In this document: positions 1-12,785 of the stretch, piece by piece
How the letters are laid out: each line of letters starts with the position of its first letter
Position numbering within the stretch: the stretch's first letter is position 1
Assembly: GCA_003971905.1 (NCBI GenBank)
Contig: RSEE01000042.1
Coordinates: 1 to 64,000, forward strand
DNA length: 64,000 nucleotides
From: Moniliella sp. 'wahieum'
Taxonomy: Eukaryota
Direction of reading: 5' to 3'
Translations under genes and position numbers: made by a program
Notes under the pieces: model-generated
Database searches by the model: none
Seen by the model: the letters and a program-made list of their open reading frames with translations, nothing else
What the model was told of the DNA's origin: nothing

Positions 1-749
1 ATGGTCGTCCAGAACGACGTTCGGGTTGATGATCGAGCAAGACAGACGGGGGTGGACGACAAGTCTTTGAAGGACGCCTCCTTTCTCTTGTCGAAGTACC
101 GCAAGATTCTGGAGGACTCGGCAGGGAGGGACATGTAATAGCAACAAACGTAAGAGGCCATTTCCCGATTCGCCTCTGGGCCCCCGAGAGCTACTGGATG
201 AGTTTAAGAAAGACGGGATGGGACGTCGGCGGTGCGGCGCTACGTGCTAACCACTTTGTCAACTCTGCCTCTCCCCACACGACCGACATCCTGTGCGACT
301 TGCTGAATTTGCCTTTGCCCACAGGACTGTCCGGTCGAGGGCGATAATGTCCCATCGACGGACGACATTGTGCGGGCAGTATAGTCATATATCGATGAAG
401 ACGGATCCAAATGAGCTACGAATGATGTTATGATAAGTTGTATCCACCACTGATGTATACTCTTCAAGCTTCACCATCAGTCTACAAGTGTTTTTGACGG
501 TGGCGAGGTCCGCAAGGTCCGATAGAATTGTGGGCCAGAAATTTCGATTAGCTATCAGTGGTTCCAACAACTATTTGGAGCTACTCCGGTGGGTGAGTGA
601 AGGCAAGAGAGCTGGTCGAACAGGCGGCTCTTCCGGGGTGGAGTGTGTCTCGAAGAAGGGTGAGTGGGAAAAGAATGGTGATCGGCTTTGGCCATCATAA
701 TTGGATCTAAGAACACTGAGACTGGCTTTATAGAAGAGAAGGGGAACAA
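1..749 (-). CDS. Hypothetical protein fragment, possibly with a degenerate F-box-like N-terminus; frameshifted, runs off the window start
   Basis: Overlapping minus-strand ORFs 555-749, 385-570, 240-467 and 191-388 can be chained by frameshifts; FWPTILSDLADLATVKNTCRL loosely resembles an F-box. No clear family recognised. Confidence 0.25.
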
Positions 750-1040
750 CGCCTACTACCTAGGGAAGACCAATAGGTCTACAGCGAAAAGGGGAAACGA
801 GGAAAGGGGTAGAACATTGTGTGTGGATTCTAGATGAGCGCGAGTGGTGAAGAGACGATTGCTGTGGGTTTTGATATTTGCCGAGAATCCGAGCAGCGAT
901 TAGCGAGCTATAAAGATAGAGAACTTGAGTAGTGATAGACAGAGAAGCCGAGGAGCGAGAGCGACGGCAAGAGAGCGGAGGGGTGGCTGTGCAAAAAGGG
1001 GACTTGATCGTTGCGGCGACGTGACACAACTCATCTTCTC

Positions 1041-2155
1041 CTACGACGATGCATGATCCATTCGGCGTTGGACGCGATTCCTTTCAGTCTTGGACGAGGA
1101 ACACGGGCGTGGTAGGAGGATCCTTGCGTACTTCGAATCCGGGTGCAGCAGGGCGCAGAATACGCTGCACCAGCTGATCCACCCCTTTTCAAACTCATCC
1201 CGCGCGAGAGCGACAGCTTCAGGAGAAGGATTCGGAGGGTGAGCGATCCAAATCCAGGTCCTCTTGTTCATGCTCGCTCTTGGAATCCTCGTACTCCCAC
1301 GCAACCCTTCTCACCCAGTCGTCATACAAGGCACCCTCCTGGAGCTGATACAGCGTCCAGCACGCTCACGCAACGTGGTACCCGAGGCGGTTGCAAGTCG
1401 GCGTAGCTGGAGCGCCTCTTCGTGCCACGTTTGTTCCATGCTCTCCGGATCATCAATGTCCATAATATCAGTGTTGTGGCTAAACCGATTGATCCGTGAG
1501 AACTCATACGTTCTATCTCCTCTCTCCAGAGGTGACTTGCGCCTCGGGGAAGAGAACGTTAGGGTGCACACGCACCTTGGTGGCATGCAACCGTCCGTGC
1601 TTTTCTTAATGCTCACCTCGATGGGGCTAGCAGGCGAGGGGTTCGATCGGCCCTGATCCAGCTTCCAACACACCGCCGCCCACAGACTGTCGCGCTCGAT
1701 CGAAAACGGTCCAGCTTCGAGCTGCAAGTAAGTGTGCACTCGCTCCGAAATGTCTGTCCCGGTCGGTGAGCGAGTGCTTGGACCTCCATGGTAAGTAGGT
1801 GATGTTTTTTGCGCAACATCTGCTGGTACTCAGGGTCGAGCTCGTCGCCACGGAATAGGCAAGGAGGAGGGGGGGCCAGGGGCGATACCTCCTGAGGGAG
1901 CGGTGGCCCCGCCTCAGTCCCATTCACCTTGGACGGAACTTTCATCTCCCACTGCCTGCTCAAGTGGTACCTGGACAAATCTCTCTCGGCTTCAGGAAAG
2001 AGAGCGTTGGCATGTACGGTGAGCGAGTCGAGGAACTGCAAGCCGTCGGGCTCGGTGTGAACGGTAACGTGGATGGGGTGGGCGCGGTCAGCGTCGGAAA
2101 GAGGGGGGGCGGGATGAACTGGCAGAGTGGCCACCCGTAACAACTCATGGCTCAT
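1041..2155 (-). CDS. Hypothetical protein (frameshifted); 5' end possibly interrupted by the adjacent solo LTR
   Basis: ORFs 1613-2155, 1311-1739 and 1041-1304 have protein-like composition and chain in order; no recognisable domain. Confidence 0.35.
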
Positions 2156-2156
2156 A

Positions 2157-3273
2157 TGTTGAGAGAGCAGACCAGCTCGGCAGTACAGTGACTATTAACT
2201 AAGCGTGAGCACAGAGACTCTCTCAGTGGGAAGCACCAGAGAGCTAGGCAGTACAGTGACTAACTAAGCGTGGGCGCACGGCAATACATTGACTAACCAA
2301 GCGTGAGGACAAGAGACTCTCTCAGTGGGAAGCACCAGACAGCATGCCCCCTCGGCTGTCCATTGACTAACCGCGTCATGCTGCCTCCTTCCGGCTCCAG
2401 CGCATGTAGGCCAACGCCGCCTTGCCCACGCAATGCTCGGTGCACGCTCGCAATCAAGGTCACCATCTGACGCTCTTACTACCGCCCTCCCGAGGTCACC
2501 CCCTGAGGATGGGGAGGCCGTTTTATTCATGAAGAAGATGTTTCCCATCTCGATGACCTTCATCTACGACCACGCTCTTCTCCACACGAGGCTGGTGGCG
2601 CTGTTCGACCACGGCGCCTCTGCCATTCCGTTCTTCATCGCCTCGTCTGCATCCAGCCGTGGTGGGGCCCTTGGGGCGATGCCCCAATCACGCCATCCTG
2701 TATGATAGGCATAACCCCTCTTATCCCCCTGGACGCTCCCTCAGCTCCGCGGTACACTCGTGGCTATATAAGGCCCTACCCTTATCATAGCCTCCTGTTC
2801 CTCTCCTCAGAACCACATCCTCCATTCCAGTCCCCCTTCAGCACGGATTGGTTACCGTCGCGCCTCGTTCCCATCCTTCCTCTTCTCCCTATTGCATTCA
2901 AGGTCGGGCCAGCGTCTGTACTCAGTAGCTGCGAGAAGCGAGCTCTGACCGTTTCTGCTCTGCACAGGTGAGCTTCCTGTTCTCCCATTTTCTGTTCTCT
3001 TCCTGCTTTTCTGGCGCTTGTTCTTGTCCAAGGTTGCATTCAAGGTTGGACAAGTGTCTGTAGCTACGAGAAGCTATCTCTGACTGTTTCCGCTCTACAC
3101 AGTGCAATCAACTTTAGCTTGGTAGGGTACCTACTTCACAGTTAAGGGACAACCGCGGCTCTGGGTTCTCGCTGGTGTGACCGATTTATCGCGCTCAGCC
3201 ATTGATCGCCCACTCTAGTGCTTCGCCTAGCTCTCATCTTTCATCCGAGCTTGGGCTACCGGCGCCACCAACA
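2157..3273 (+). mobile_element. Probable solo LTR (~1117 bp)
   Basis: Starts TGTTG (2157) and ends CAACA (3269-3273), a 5-bp terminal inverted repeat; flanks CATA (2153-2156) and CATG (3274-3277) form a near 4-bp TSD; U3-like internal tandem repeats (2177-2400); TATA box GGCTATATAAGG at ~2762 followed by a pyrimidine-rich tract; internal ~75-bp duplication (2892-2967 vs 3034-3103). Confidence 0.55.
2177..2400. repeat. Imperfect tandem repeats inside the putative LTR
   Basis: GGCAGTACAGTGACT(A..)AACTAAGCGTG-like unit occurs about 4 times; AGAGACTCTCTCAGTGGGAAGCACCAGA occurs twice (2213-2240, 2312-2339). Confidence 0.8.
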
Positions 3274-5629
3274 CATGCCACACCAGTAATGTGGCGTCAT
3301 AGCCCTCATTTCCAATTTCTTCGTCCCGAGCGTCGATCTCGCTTTTTCCCTCTTTCTCTCTCTCCGCACCATGTCCTCTGAGATTGATGAGATCTGAGAT
3401 CCGCCGTCGCCTTAGCCCCGACTGTGACAGCCTAAGCACCCTTAGATCTTGAAGCTTGAAGTTATAAGGTTTAACTTTCAGCGCTCATCTCTCTTACAAA
3501 GCCTCATATTGTGACCCTTCTAGCTTCTCTCACTAGTCACTGTCTTTGGAATCACTTTCCACATCGCCTCTATGCCCAACGCCAAGCCTTTCTCCCACGC
3601 TCGCTGTCCAGCCCTCAGGCCTGAGCTCGGGCCTCTGAACCCTCAGTAGGTCTCATGCCTCAGGCCCTCAGGGCTCATTATCACTCCCCTCCATAGTTGA
3701 TGTTTGCAATGTGGGCTTGAAAAGGGATGAGTAATGCCGCAGGTTGCCCAACCTCTTTCACATTCTCAATTACAGTGTCGTGCTTCTCGCTCTGCAGTAC
3801 GCAGTGTCCAACGTCCAATATTCAACGTTCGCTAACTTCACTAGCCAATGCCCTTCGGCTCGTTGCCTCGTGTGTGCTCGGGGCTCTGCTAGTGGTTTCC
3901 GAGTAGTACGATTGTTAAATGTACATTCCGCGACGTGGTCTTGCCACGTACTCAGGTACTCAGGTACTCAGGTATTCAGTGCTCCCGCCGGGTTTATAGT
4001 TGCTGTGGCAGTGGCAAAAAGCATACTGGGTTTCAAATGCGGGGGGCGCGGGCTCTGGCAGCTCTGCCGCACGCTATCGACATGGAATATGGGCCGGGGA
4101 CCAGAGGGTCGAGGTCCTCTTCTTCTCATCCTTTGAAATTTGGTCGACGATCGACGCTCTGCAAGCTTCAATGCCTGCAATGGTCGCTGTCTGCCACGGG
4201 TACACCTGTCTGCACCTGTCTGCACCCATCATGCATCATGCATCAAGCTTCAAGAGATATATATGGTGGTGGTCTTGGCAGTGTTTGCCCAGTATGATAT
4301 ACTCAGAGTCTCCTCGGTCCGTTTCCCTCCCCGCTGGCACATTCCTAGTCACTTACAGGCCAAGGCCAATGAAATGAATAACCCCACCGGGCGCGACGCT
4401 TGGCCCCGCCCCACCGCCCACCACCGCGCTACACACATGGTGTGCATGGTGGCTGGCGATGTGCCAGCAGTGCGGTGCATACTTGAAGAGCAAAAACGAT
4501 TTCTTGCGGTTCGATGGCTGTGGGTCTGCACATGTGACCATGTTGGGCATTAGTATATCAGTCTGAATGCATGGTGGCCCCAGGTTACGTGGTGTGATCA
4601 TGTGATGCTCAGCGGGGGGAATGCAGGGCACACGATACGTCGGGCGTGTGGGAAGGGTGGACACGTTGCGGGTTGAGTGTTGAGTACTGAGTTGCTGATG
4701 CAACGCAACTGATGAGGCGGACTGGGTACTAGTGCGGAAGCTTGAAGGTTGCCACGTTGGCGATAGAGTGTTATAACCATGTTACGTTGATCAGGTCGAT
4801 CAGGTCCATACAGGGGAGCACAGATCACATGATCTGTCACATGTCCCAGCGATCCGCAGAGATCAACACCAGTGAACGAATGCTTCTGCGCCCGTGCCTG
4901 TGGTGCGGCGGCGGCACCCACACATCCTCGTGCGGTCGAACGCCGATGAAACGATGGACAGATGTGCCGAGGTCACTAGGCCACTAGTCTAGTCACTAGT
5001 CACTAGTTCACTGGTCTGTGGCACTAACATTGCACACTGGTGTGTGGCTAGGCCCTGTGGCCGGTGGCGACGGAGAGACCGCGACGGACATGGGGGCTGT
5101 CCCTCCCACTATCCTAACCGTTCCTGCCCCATCCTCAGGGGCTATTAGCTAGTGTCGGGGTTTCCTGTTGCTGGGCTGTCGTCTGGCGTCTGGGCTGGCC
5201 GCTGTGATCTGACGTCTGACGTGTGACATTGCCCCACGAGTGACATGTGACATGTGACGCCGACGCTGCCCAGCCAAACTTACCCTGCGACACTGTCCCC
5301 GCGCCAAAGCGGGGCTTGGCATGCCGCACACCGGCGCTGTGCGTTCCAGCGCCCCATAGGCACGGCGCCTGTGGCCCCCAGCCCCTGCCCCCCCCAGTGG
5401 GCGCAGCGGCGCGCACGGGCGCAGTGCTGTGGCGCGAGTATAATACACCCACTCTGGCCAGACCAGCTGCGACTGGTCCATCTCCCTTCTTACCTCTTAA
5501 CCCCCTCCCCTCCCCCACCTTCTTTGCTCTGCTGCGTGTCCTCTCTCACTCCGCCGCACCCTCTCTCCTTCTCCACCTCCACCCTCCTCCCACTCGCCCC
5601 GTCGTCTTTTGCCCACCTTCGTTTCCGCC

Positions 5630-7939
5630 ATGCGCGCCACAGTCTACGCGACCATCGCTGCGCTCTGCGCCCTGCCCTCGCCTCTGCCAACCAGGCCCAT
5701 TCCTCTCCCCACTTTGAGCGCCGAAACAAGCTTCCCACGCGCTTCCGTCCCGCCCGGCATCAGCTCGTCCGGCCAAGCCTTTGACGGTCAATCCTTTGAC
5801 TATGGTGCGTCTCTCTCTTTGTCCTTGGTCTTCCTCCAACGTACCGGAGCCCTCCCCCACGGGTATCCGTATACTGACGACGGTTGGATGGGTTTGCAGT
5901 GATCGTCGGTGGTGGTACTGCCGGTTTGACGGTTGCCACCGCTTGGCCCAGAACAGTTCCGTCACCGTGGCTGTGATTGAAGCTGGTATCAGTGGCGAAG
6001 GCGACACGACGCTTACCACTCCCAGTGGAATGGTATGTTTTCTCCTCTTGCACTCTGCCGTTGTAATCGGAAAGAACCAAATACTGACTTATTGTCTTGC
6101 CTCCAAACAACAGTTGTACAACTCGTCCGAACACACCAACAAGGATTGGGCCGATACTACGGTCAACCAGACGGTCTGGGCGGACGCGCTATCTACTACC
6201 CCGCGGCAAGGTTCTTGGTACGTTGTCTCTTTCTGATTCATCATACAGCTGACTGACATGCGTGCCTCGGACTTTCTTTTGACTCAGGCGGTTCGAGTGC
6301 CATCAATGGTATGTACCTTGTCCGTCAACCTGCCGTGGAGCAAGAGAGCTGGGCGAACATTGTATCCAGCATCAGCCGACGGCCAAGACGACCTGGGGAT
6401 GGACAATATGTTCGCAGCGATGAAGAAGTCGAGACGTTTGACCTCCGACAGACGATGTGGTTTCCACCGTGCAGTCTGGTGCGAAAGCCAATGTGCTTCA
6501 GTGGAACGCCTCTTCGCACGGCACATCGGGTGGGATCCATGCAGTTGGCCCGCCGTGTCGTTCCCGTCATTGGAGGGTTTTTGCAAGGCGCTTCTCCACG
6601 CTCAACTTGCCCATCAACAACGACCCTGACAGTGGTAACAATACCGGACCTTCCTCAGTACCTCGGCTATCAACCCGTCTAACTGGACCCGCCCCTTCTC
6701 TCGCGGGCTACGTCGACCCCTACGCGTACCCCAACTTGTACATCCTCGTCGGTTACCAGGCTACCAAGATCGTGTTTGACAACTCGTCGCCGCCGCGTGC
6801 GACGGGTGTGCAGTTTGCCAGCTCAGAGCAAGGACAAGGTGCGCCAAGTGAATGCCAAGAAGGAAATATCTTGTCGGCTGGTGTGGTGGGCTCGCCGCAG
6901 CTGCTGCAACTTTCAGGTGTCGGAGACTCGTCGGTACTTTCGCCCGTGGGCATCAAGCAGGTGGCCAACGTTCCCGGTGTCGGGTTCCACATGCAAGACC
7001 ACCTTAGTGGCGCTATCAACTACACTCCTGCTCCGGGTACCAGTTTGCCAGCTACGTCGATGACGGGTGAGCCAAGACGGACAGTTATGCGAATGCTGCG
7101 GTTGCGTATGTGCAGTTGGTACGGTGACGAACAAGGATGAGCTCATTGCCAACATTTCCTCGTCGATTGACCAGTGGGGTCGCGGCCTACAAGGCCCCGG
7201 CCACGGTGCAGGAAGGCTACCGTGCCGCTCTGAAGGAACTTACCACCAACATTTACCCCAATGATGCGCCTGCGATTGAGATTCTGTGGTTCATGGCGTT
7301 TGGCGGGATCACGGTGCAGTGTGGTTGCAACACCCTACCTCTCAGGGCTCTGTCAAGATTACCTCGAGCAATGCGTTTGACTGCCGGCTGTGGACCCTGC
7401 CTACCTGTTGAACAAGGTGGATCTGCAAGTCCTCCGCAACGGGTGCAAGTTGGCGCGGCAGATTGGCGAGTCGGATGCGGTCAAGCCGTTGTGGCTAACG
7501 AGACGTCTCCGGGAACGGCGGTGCAGAGCAACAAGCAATGGAACGCGTTTATCCAGCAAAGCTTTGCGACTGAGTACCATCCCAGCAGTTCGTGCGCTAT
7601 GATGCCGCTCGAACAGGGTGGCGTGGTGGACGACCGACTGCGCGTGTACAACACCCAGGGATTGCGTGTCATCGACGCCTCCGTCACCCATCACGTTCTC
7701 CCAGCACTTGCTTACGGTTACCTATGGCATTGCTGAGATTGGAGCCGACTTGATTGCGCAGGACAATGGCGCATCGCCTTCCTCCACTTCGCTCGCTGCA
7801 CCCACAGTCATCTGCTCTCTCCGCCTCACTCCACCGCCGCTCCTCGTCCAAGAAGGGCAGCCACAGTGGAGCTGGCACTTTGTCCGTCGGCATGCTCTTG
7901 CCCCTTGTGCTTGCCGCTGCCACGTACCACTTGGCTTAA
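5630..7939 (+). CDS. GMC (glucose-methanol-choline) oxidoreductase, AA3_2-like, secreted, putative GPI anchor
   Basis: Signal-like MRATVYATIAALCAL; FAD motif FDY-(intron 5805-5899)-VIVGGGTAGL..RLAQNSSVTVAVIEAG; GGSSAING; LSAGVVGSPQLLQLSGVG; PGVGFHMQDH; TEYHPSSSCAM..GGVVDDRLRVYNTQGLRVIDAS; SQHL; Ser-rich tail ending in hydrophobic GMLLPLVLAAATYHLA*. Further introns ~6033-6113 and ~6218-6288. Confidence 0.92.
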
Positions 7940-9040
7940 TTCCCTCCCTCCCCCGTCTCTGGCCCGCCCCCTCTTACTCTTCCGTACACGGTGTGACCGT
8001 TCCATTTCCTCCCCTCACTGTCACCCCCCTCCTCCCCGTTTGGTCTCTTTTTTTTGCCCTTCTGGCCGGTTCGGGCCTTACTTCTTATCTGTGCCTGGGT
8101 GGGGGGTTAGGATTGGTCTCTTGGTTTGACGTTTGCGGGGGCTGATCGATCTCAATCTCCCCACCTAATAACCAGTTGATCGTCCCCTCCCCTTCCCCAG
8201 CCCAAATTTTCGGTATGCCAGATGTGACGCATGTGACGGTGTGTTGCCAGCCACGGGCCGCTCTGTACTTCTTACTTTCTCCCGCTTACCGCTCACGCCC
8301 TTTGTGTTTGTTCCTGGCCTTTGTCCTTTGTCAGCTTTGGAGGCATTAGGCCATGGATGAACGACTCTTTGATGACTGGGATGATGATTGATGTCGATGA
8401 CCTCGCTCTCCCTCGCCTCCCTTCCCCCTCTACTGCCCCCCCCCTCCCCCTTTACTTGATGGTAGCGACGATTGAAACGACTTTAACTCTCTTTGGGGTG
8501 CGTACGGTACGTGCACCACCGTCCGGGTGCGTGATGGGTGGTGCCAAGGGCAGAAGATATGCAGGTTGCGGGTGAGAAGTAGTAGTGAGATGTGAGATGT
8601 GAGATGGCCAGGTGGGCGTCAAGCCTTCAAGCTGAACTTCAAGCTTCAAGCTTCAAGCGTGAAAGTTGAAAGTTGAACTGTGCACGCTATGACGTGCGCC
8701 CCCCGTGCAGCTGGGCTGGCCCCGCACCAATCGTTAATCATTAATCACGAGCGGTGGCTGCGAACCCGGGATTGCCACCACCCGAAGCCGGCTGTCGATG
8801 CGAGCTGGCACTCGCCACTACCCCTCTGCGCATCCTCTTGTTCGCCATCGCCCTCACGGTCACCCTCACGGCCACTTGGGCATCCCCCGCTCCGACTAGG
8901 TTTCGTGCGCTCCGCTTCCTCGCTGGTTCTGCGCATCGCCTTGTGTCTGTGCCTCGGTTTCCGTTTCCGGTTCCATTTCGGTGTCGGATCGCTTTCGCCT
9001 GCGCTCCGCTGCTTGCTCACCACGTGCACTTGTCCCCGTT

Positions 9041-10507
9041 ATGAGCACGAGCACGAACACGAGCACCCGTCTGCCCACCGGCTCGAGCGCGAGATACGCC
9101 TCGACCTACACGCCCCCGCCGCGTTGGGCCGACGTGGCCCTCGTAGCTCCCGGTATCGTGCGTGTCCTGGGTCAGAACCGGGTAAGTTTACCTCGAAGGC
9201 ACCAACACTTACCTGCTCTACCCGCCTGCCACCACCACCCTACCTCCACACCTCTACCACTCCTGCCTCCCCTGTGCCTGCCGTGCTCATCGATACGGGC
9301 GAGGGGAAACGAGGCCTACACAGCCCTCCTGCAGCGTGTGCTATTGGGGCTGGATACAGCGGATGGACAACCGATTGACCTGCCTACTTAAGCGACATGT
9401 ACGTTTCCATCCATTCTCTCCTCCCCTCCCCCCCCTGCACGCTTGCCTTGCTTGCCCTGCTTGCCTCTGGTAAGGATGAGGGTGGGGTGCAGGGTGTATG
9501 CGTTTAGGCATACGGACATGGCATGTGGGAATGGCATGAGGGCTAAGGGCTAAGGACCGGAACAGTATCTTGACGCACTGGCACCACGACCACGTGAATG
9601 GTTTGGCGGCCGTGTTGCAGCTCAACCGCGCGCTGCACCCAAGCACGCCCGCGCCCGGATCCATAAACTGCGCAACCCACACACCGATCCTAGCTTGGTC
9701 CAACGGCAGCTTGCGTCCCTGCCTCCCGGGCTTTTTCCCCGCCGGCCGAGTCTGGGTCGGGGGGTCGGGGTCGGGGTCTCTGCCCGGGACCCAGTCCGAG
9801 CCGAGTCCTCGTCCCAAGTCACAGTGGAAACGGCGATTCATGCCCTGGCGCACCAGACCAACGTAACGTTGTCCCCTTACTTTTCGCAGCGGGGCAGCGG
9901 GCCGATTCAGGTACTGCACACGCCCGGGCACACGGTGGACCATACCTGTCTGCTATGGGAGAGCGGCGGGGTCGAGGCACATGTTCTCGGGCGACCATGT
10001 TCTGGGAGCCGGGACGAGTGTGTTTGAGGATCTGGGCGCGTACATGGCGAGTCTGGAGGTATGCGAGCGGGTGCTGGCCAAGCAGGAGCAGGAGCGGAGC
10101 AAGGGCGGGCAGGGACGCAGCTGTTGCCGGGTCATGGGCCGGTGGTGCAGATGGACTGGGGCTGGTGCGGAGAGTACCACGCGCACCGGCTGGCGCGGGA
10201 GAAGGAGGTGGTCTTGGCGCTGCGTGATCGAGGGGAAATGACGCTGGAGGAGCTGGTACAGACGCTGTATGCGCGCGTACCCGCCGAGCCTGGGCGGCGG
10301 CAGGGCGTGGGCTGTGGCTGCACCTGCGCAAGCTGGCGGATGGGCGGCGGCGACGCGTGCGGCGTTATGGCGGGACAGTGGCGGCTGTGGGCGGCGGGCT
10401 GGGGCGCGAGGCGAGCGAGGCGCTGGAGACGCCCGAGACGCTGTCCAGGGCCGTGGGGAGCGCATGGCGGCGCAGCTGGGCCGCTCCCGCTGGCGGTGGA
10501 GGCGTAG
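9041..10507 (+). CDS. Metallo-beta-lactamase fold protein, LACTB2-like
   Basis: VRVLGQNPGKFT..GTNTYL, VLIDTGEG, THWHHDHVNG (HxHxDH), VLHTPGHTVDH, FSGDHVLGAGTSVFEDL..YMASL, LPGHGPVV, and C-terminal YHAHRLAREKEV..LVQTLY..HLRKL winged-helix-like region; probable intron ~9399-9565. Confidence 0.9.
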
Positions 10508-10773
10508 ACTGCGGAAATGGATCCTGCATCTGCATCTTATCTATCGGCCGGGGGGGCAGTATCCGGTGCGTCCAACCCACTTGGGCCGCGGCAGCCGGCC
10601 AGCAGGGGGGAACTGTTGGCCGCAATCAGCAATCAATTAATCAGTCACGCGTTAGTCACGAGTGCCATCCACAATCAGTAGCCACACCACCTGCCAGGGG
10701 GGGTTGGGTAGCCCACCACCCCCACTACCACCACCACCACCACCACACCACCACCACTCTCTCCACCCCCACC

Positions 10774-12785
10774 ATGGAGATCAGCAGCCGCTCAAGCCCA
10801 GCCGCCCCCCGCCTACGGCGCCACCTCCGCCTCCACCTCCACCTCCACCCCGCCAAGCGCCCCGCCCCCGCACCCGCTACGCGCCTACGCCTCCTCATAC
10901 CCCTCGCCAGGGCTACTCCCAGCCCCCCGGCGGCCAAGCAGCCTCTTCTCCTCCATTGCCAACCTGTGCAACACCATTGTCGGCAGCGGCATTGTAGCCA
11001 CCCCCCACGCCTGTGCTGCCGTTGGCATCTGCCTGGTTGTCCTGCTCATTGCTCTGTGCGGCGCCACCTCCCTCTTGGGTCTCTACCTTCTCACCCGCTG
11101 TGCCGCCCGGATCGGCCGGCACAGTACCAGTTTCTTTGCTGTGGCCAGCGCGACGATGGCGCCTGGCAGCTGGGACGTGCGTCGGTTGATCGATGGGCGA
11201 TTGCGATCAAGTGCTTTGGAGTGTCGATTAGTTACCTTCATCTCGGGCCAGCTTATGCCTCAGGTCGTGCTTGGTCTCGTACGTATCTGGGGCACTGTAC
11301 CGCCCGAGTCGGTGCCGGCGGCTTTGTACATGCGCCAATTCTGGATCTTGTTCTGGCTGCTCCTCCTTGCCCCACTCACTTCTCCGCCGCCTCGACTCGC
11401 TGCGCCACACCTCCTATCTCAGGTACGTACCCCTCCCCCCCCCTGCCCCTGCCCCTATGCACTATGCCTGCATGCACACTGCGCTCCTACCGGCACCCTG
11501 CTGACTTTGCCTCTCGAACGTAGTTTCATGGCGGTGTGTTACTGGTGGTCATTGTGGTCTACTTCTTTTCGCCGCCTGTCTTCTCGTCCCAGGCGCCCGG
11601 GCACGTGCAGACGTTGATTCAGCAGCTCTCCCCCCACCTGTCAAGCAAGACTGAGAAATGGTTCAACATGGACCGCCATTCTGAGTGTGTTCCCTGGTAC
11701 GTCTCCTTCCTGTTGGACCGCTGAGCACCTGTTTTGGGTGGAGCTTGGGATGGAATTGGGATGGAATTGGGATTGGGATTGGGATTGCGGTTGGGTTGGG
11801 TAGCCCGTTGGTGCGATTGATCTGGGCAGGTGGGCTAACGTGTAAGATCAGGTTCGTGTTTGCGTTTACATGTGGGCAAAATGTGTTTGCGGTGTACAAT
11901 GAGTGCAGCAGCCTACGGAGGCGCGGCTCAACACGGTATTGGGCACGTCGATTGGTGTGGCGGGGGGACTGTACCAGTTGGTCGCCGTACTGGGCTACAT
12001 GACATTTGGTTCGGCCGTCAGTACCAACATCATTGCTTCTTACCTTCCAACTCGCTATTCGTTGGTGGTGGTGTTGGCAATTGTCGCTCTCACCCTCATG
12101 GGGTACCCCTTACAAGTGCACCTGCCGCGCGTCGTTGGATAAGATCTTTCGCGTCACCCTGGCACGCCTCCCTCCCTGCCCCTCTACTTCTGCTTCTCAC
12201 CGGGGCCGACCGATGCCGAAGCGCAAGCGGCCGGCGCGACGTCCGGCTCGGTCCTGCGCGGGGACTGGGCCGCGGGCGAATCGGGGCTGGGCATGGCCAC
12301 GCCTAACTGAGCATGGTGACAACTGCTTCGGTGGCTGTTGTGCATGAGGAGATGGGCTTGGGGAAAGGGTAGTGCTCACTCTGCTCATCCTCCTTGGTGG
12401 CGGTAGCATCGCATTGGTAGTAGAGACTTGTCTACGATCTTGTCCTATGTCGGCGCTGTGGGATCGACCAGTGTCTCGTTCATCTTGCCTGGTCTACTGT
12501 ACTGGCGCCTGTTCCGGTTTGCGACCCGGTGGACGAGACGCTGGATGGTGCGGTCAAGGTGTTGGAGGACGAGGAGGACGTCGACGATCAACAAGTCCAA
12601 GGTCAAGACAAGAGGAAGACGAAGAGGAAGAACAGAGGAGAGAGCGAGGAGAAGGCGAAAGAGTTACAGGCGCGTCGGGTGACCCGGCGTCGTACGGTAA
12701 CTTCAGCTTGGTTTGAGTGGGGGGGGTCATGGTCCTGTGCGTCTGTGACAGCCAACATCCACACAAGCCTTGTCCCAATCCTAAT
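10774..12785 (+). CDS. Amino-acid transporter, AAAP/Aa_trans family (AVT5/6/7-like vacuolar transporter)
   Basis: SIANLCNTIVGSGI..P, GLYLLTRCA, AIAIKCFGVSISYL, FVFAFTCGQNVFAVYNE, LYQLVAVLGYMTFGSAVSTNII, ILSYVGAVGSTSVSFILPGL; multiple TM segments; introns near 11423-11523 and 11700-11851. End approximate. Confidence 0.88.

Noticed and set aside
2148..2160. TATGAGCC after CAACA on the minus strand as a copia half-tRNA-iMet primer-binding site with downstream gag
   Set aside because: It lacks the GGT of GGTTATGAGCC, the LTR's TATA and pyrimidine tract point the other way, and the downstream ORF shows no gag or pol motifs.
2177..2400. CRISPR-like repeat-spacer array
   Set aside because: Eukaryotic context, irregular degenerate units, the intervening segments are themselves repeated, and there are no cas genes; better explained as LTR U3 repeats.
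5630..12785. GMC oxidase + MBL hydrolase + transporter as a secondary-metabolite cluster
   Set aside because: No PKS, NRPS or terpene backbone gene is in the window; LACTB2-like and AVT genes are ordinary housekeeping families.
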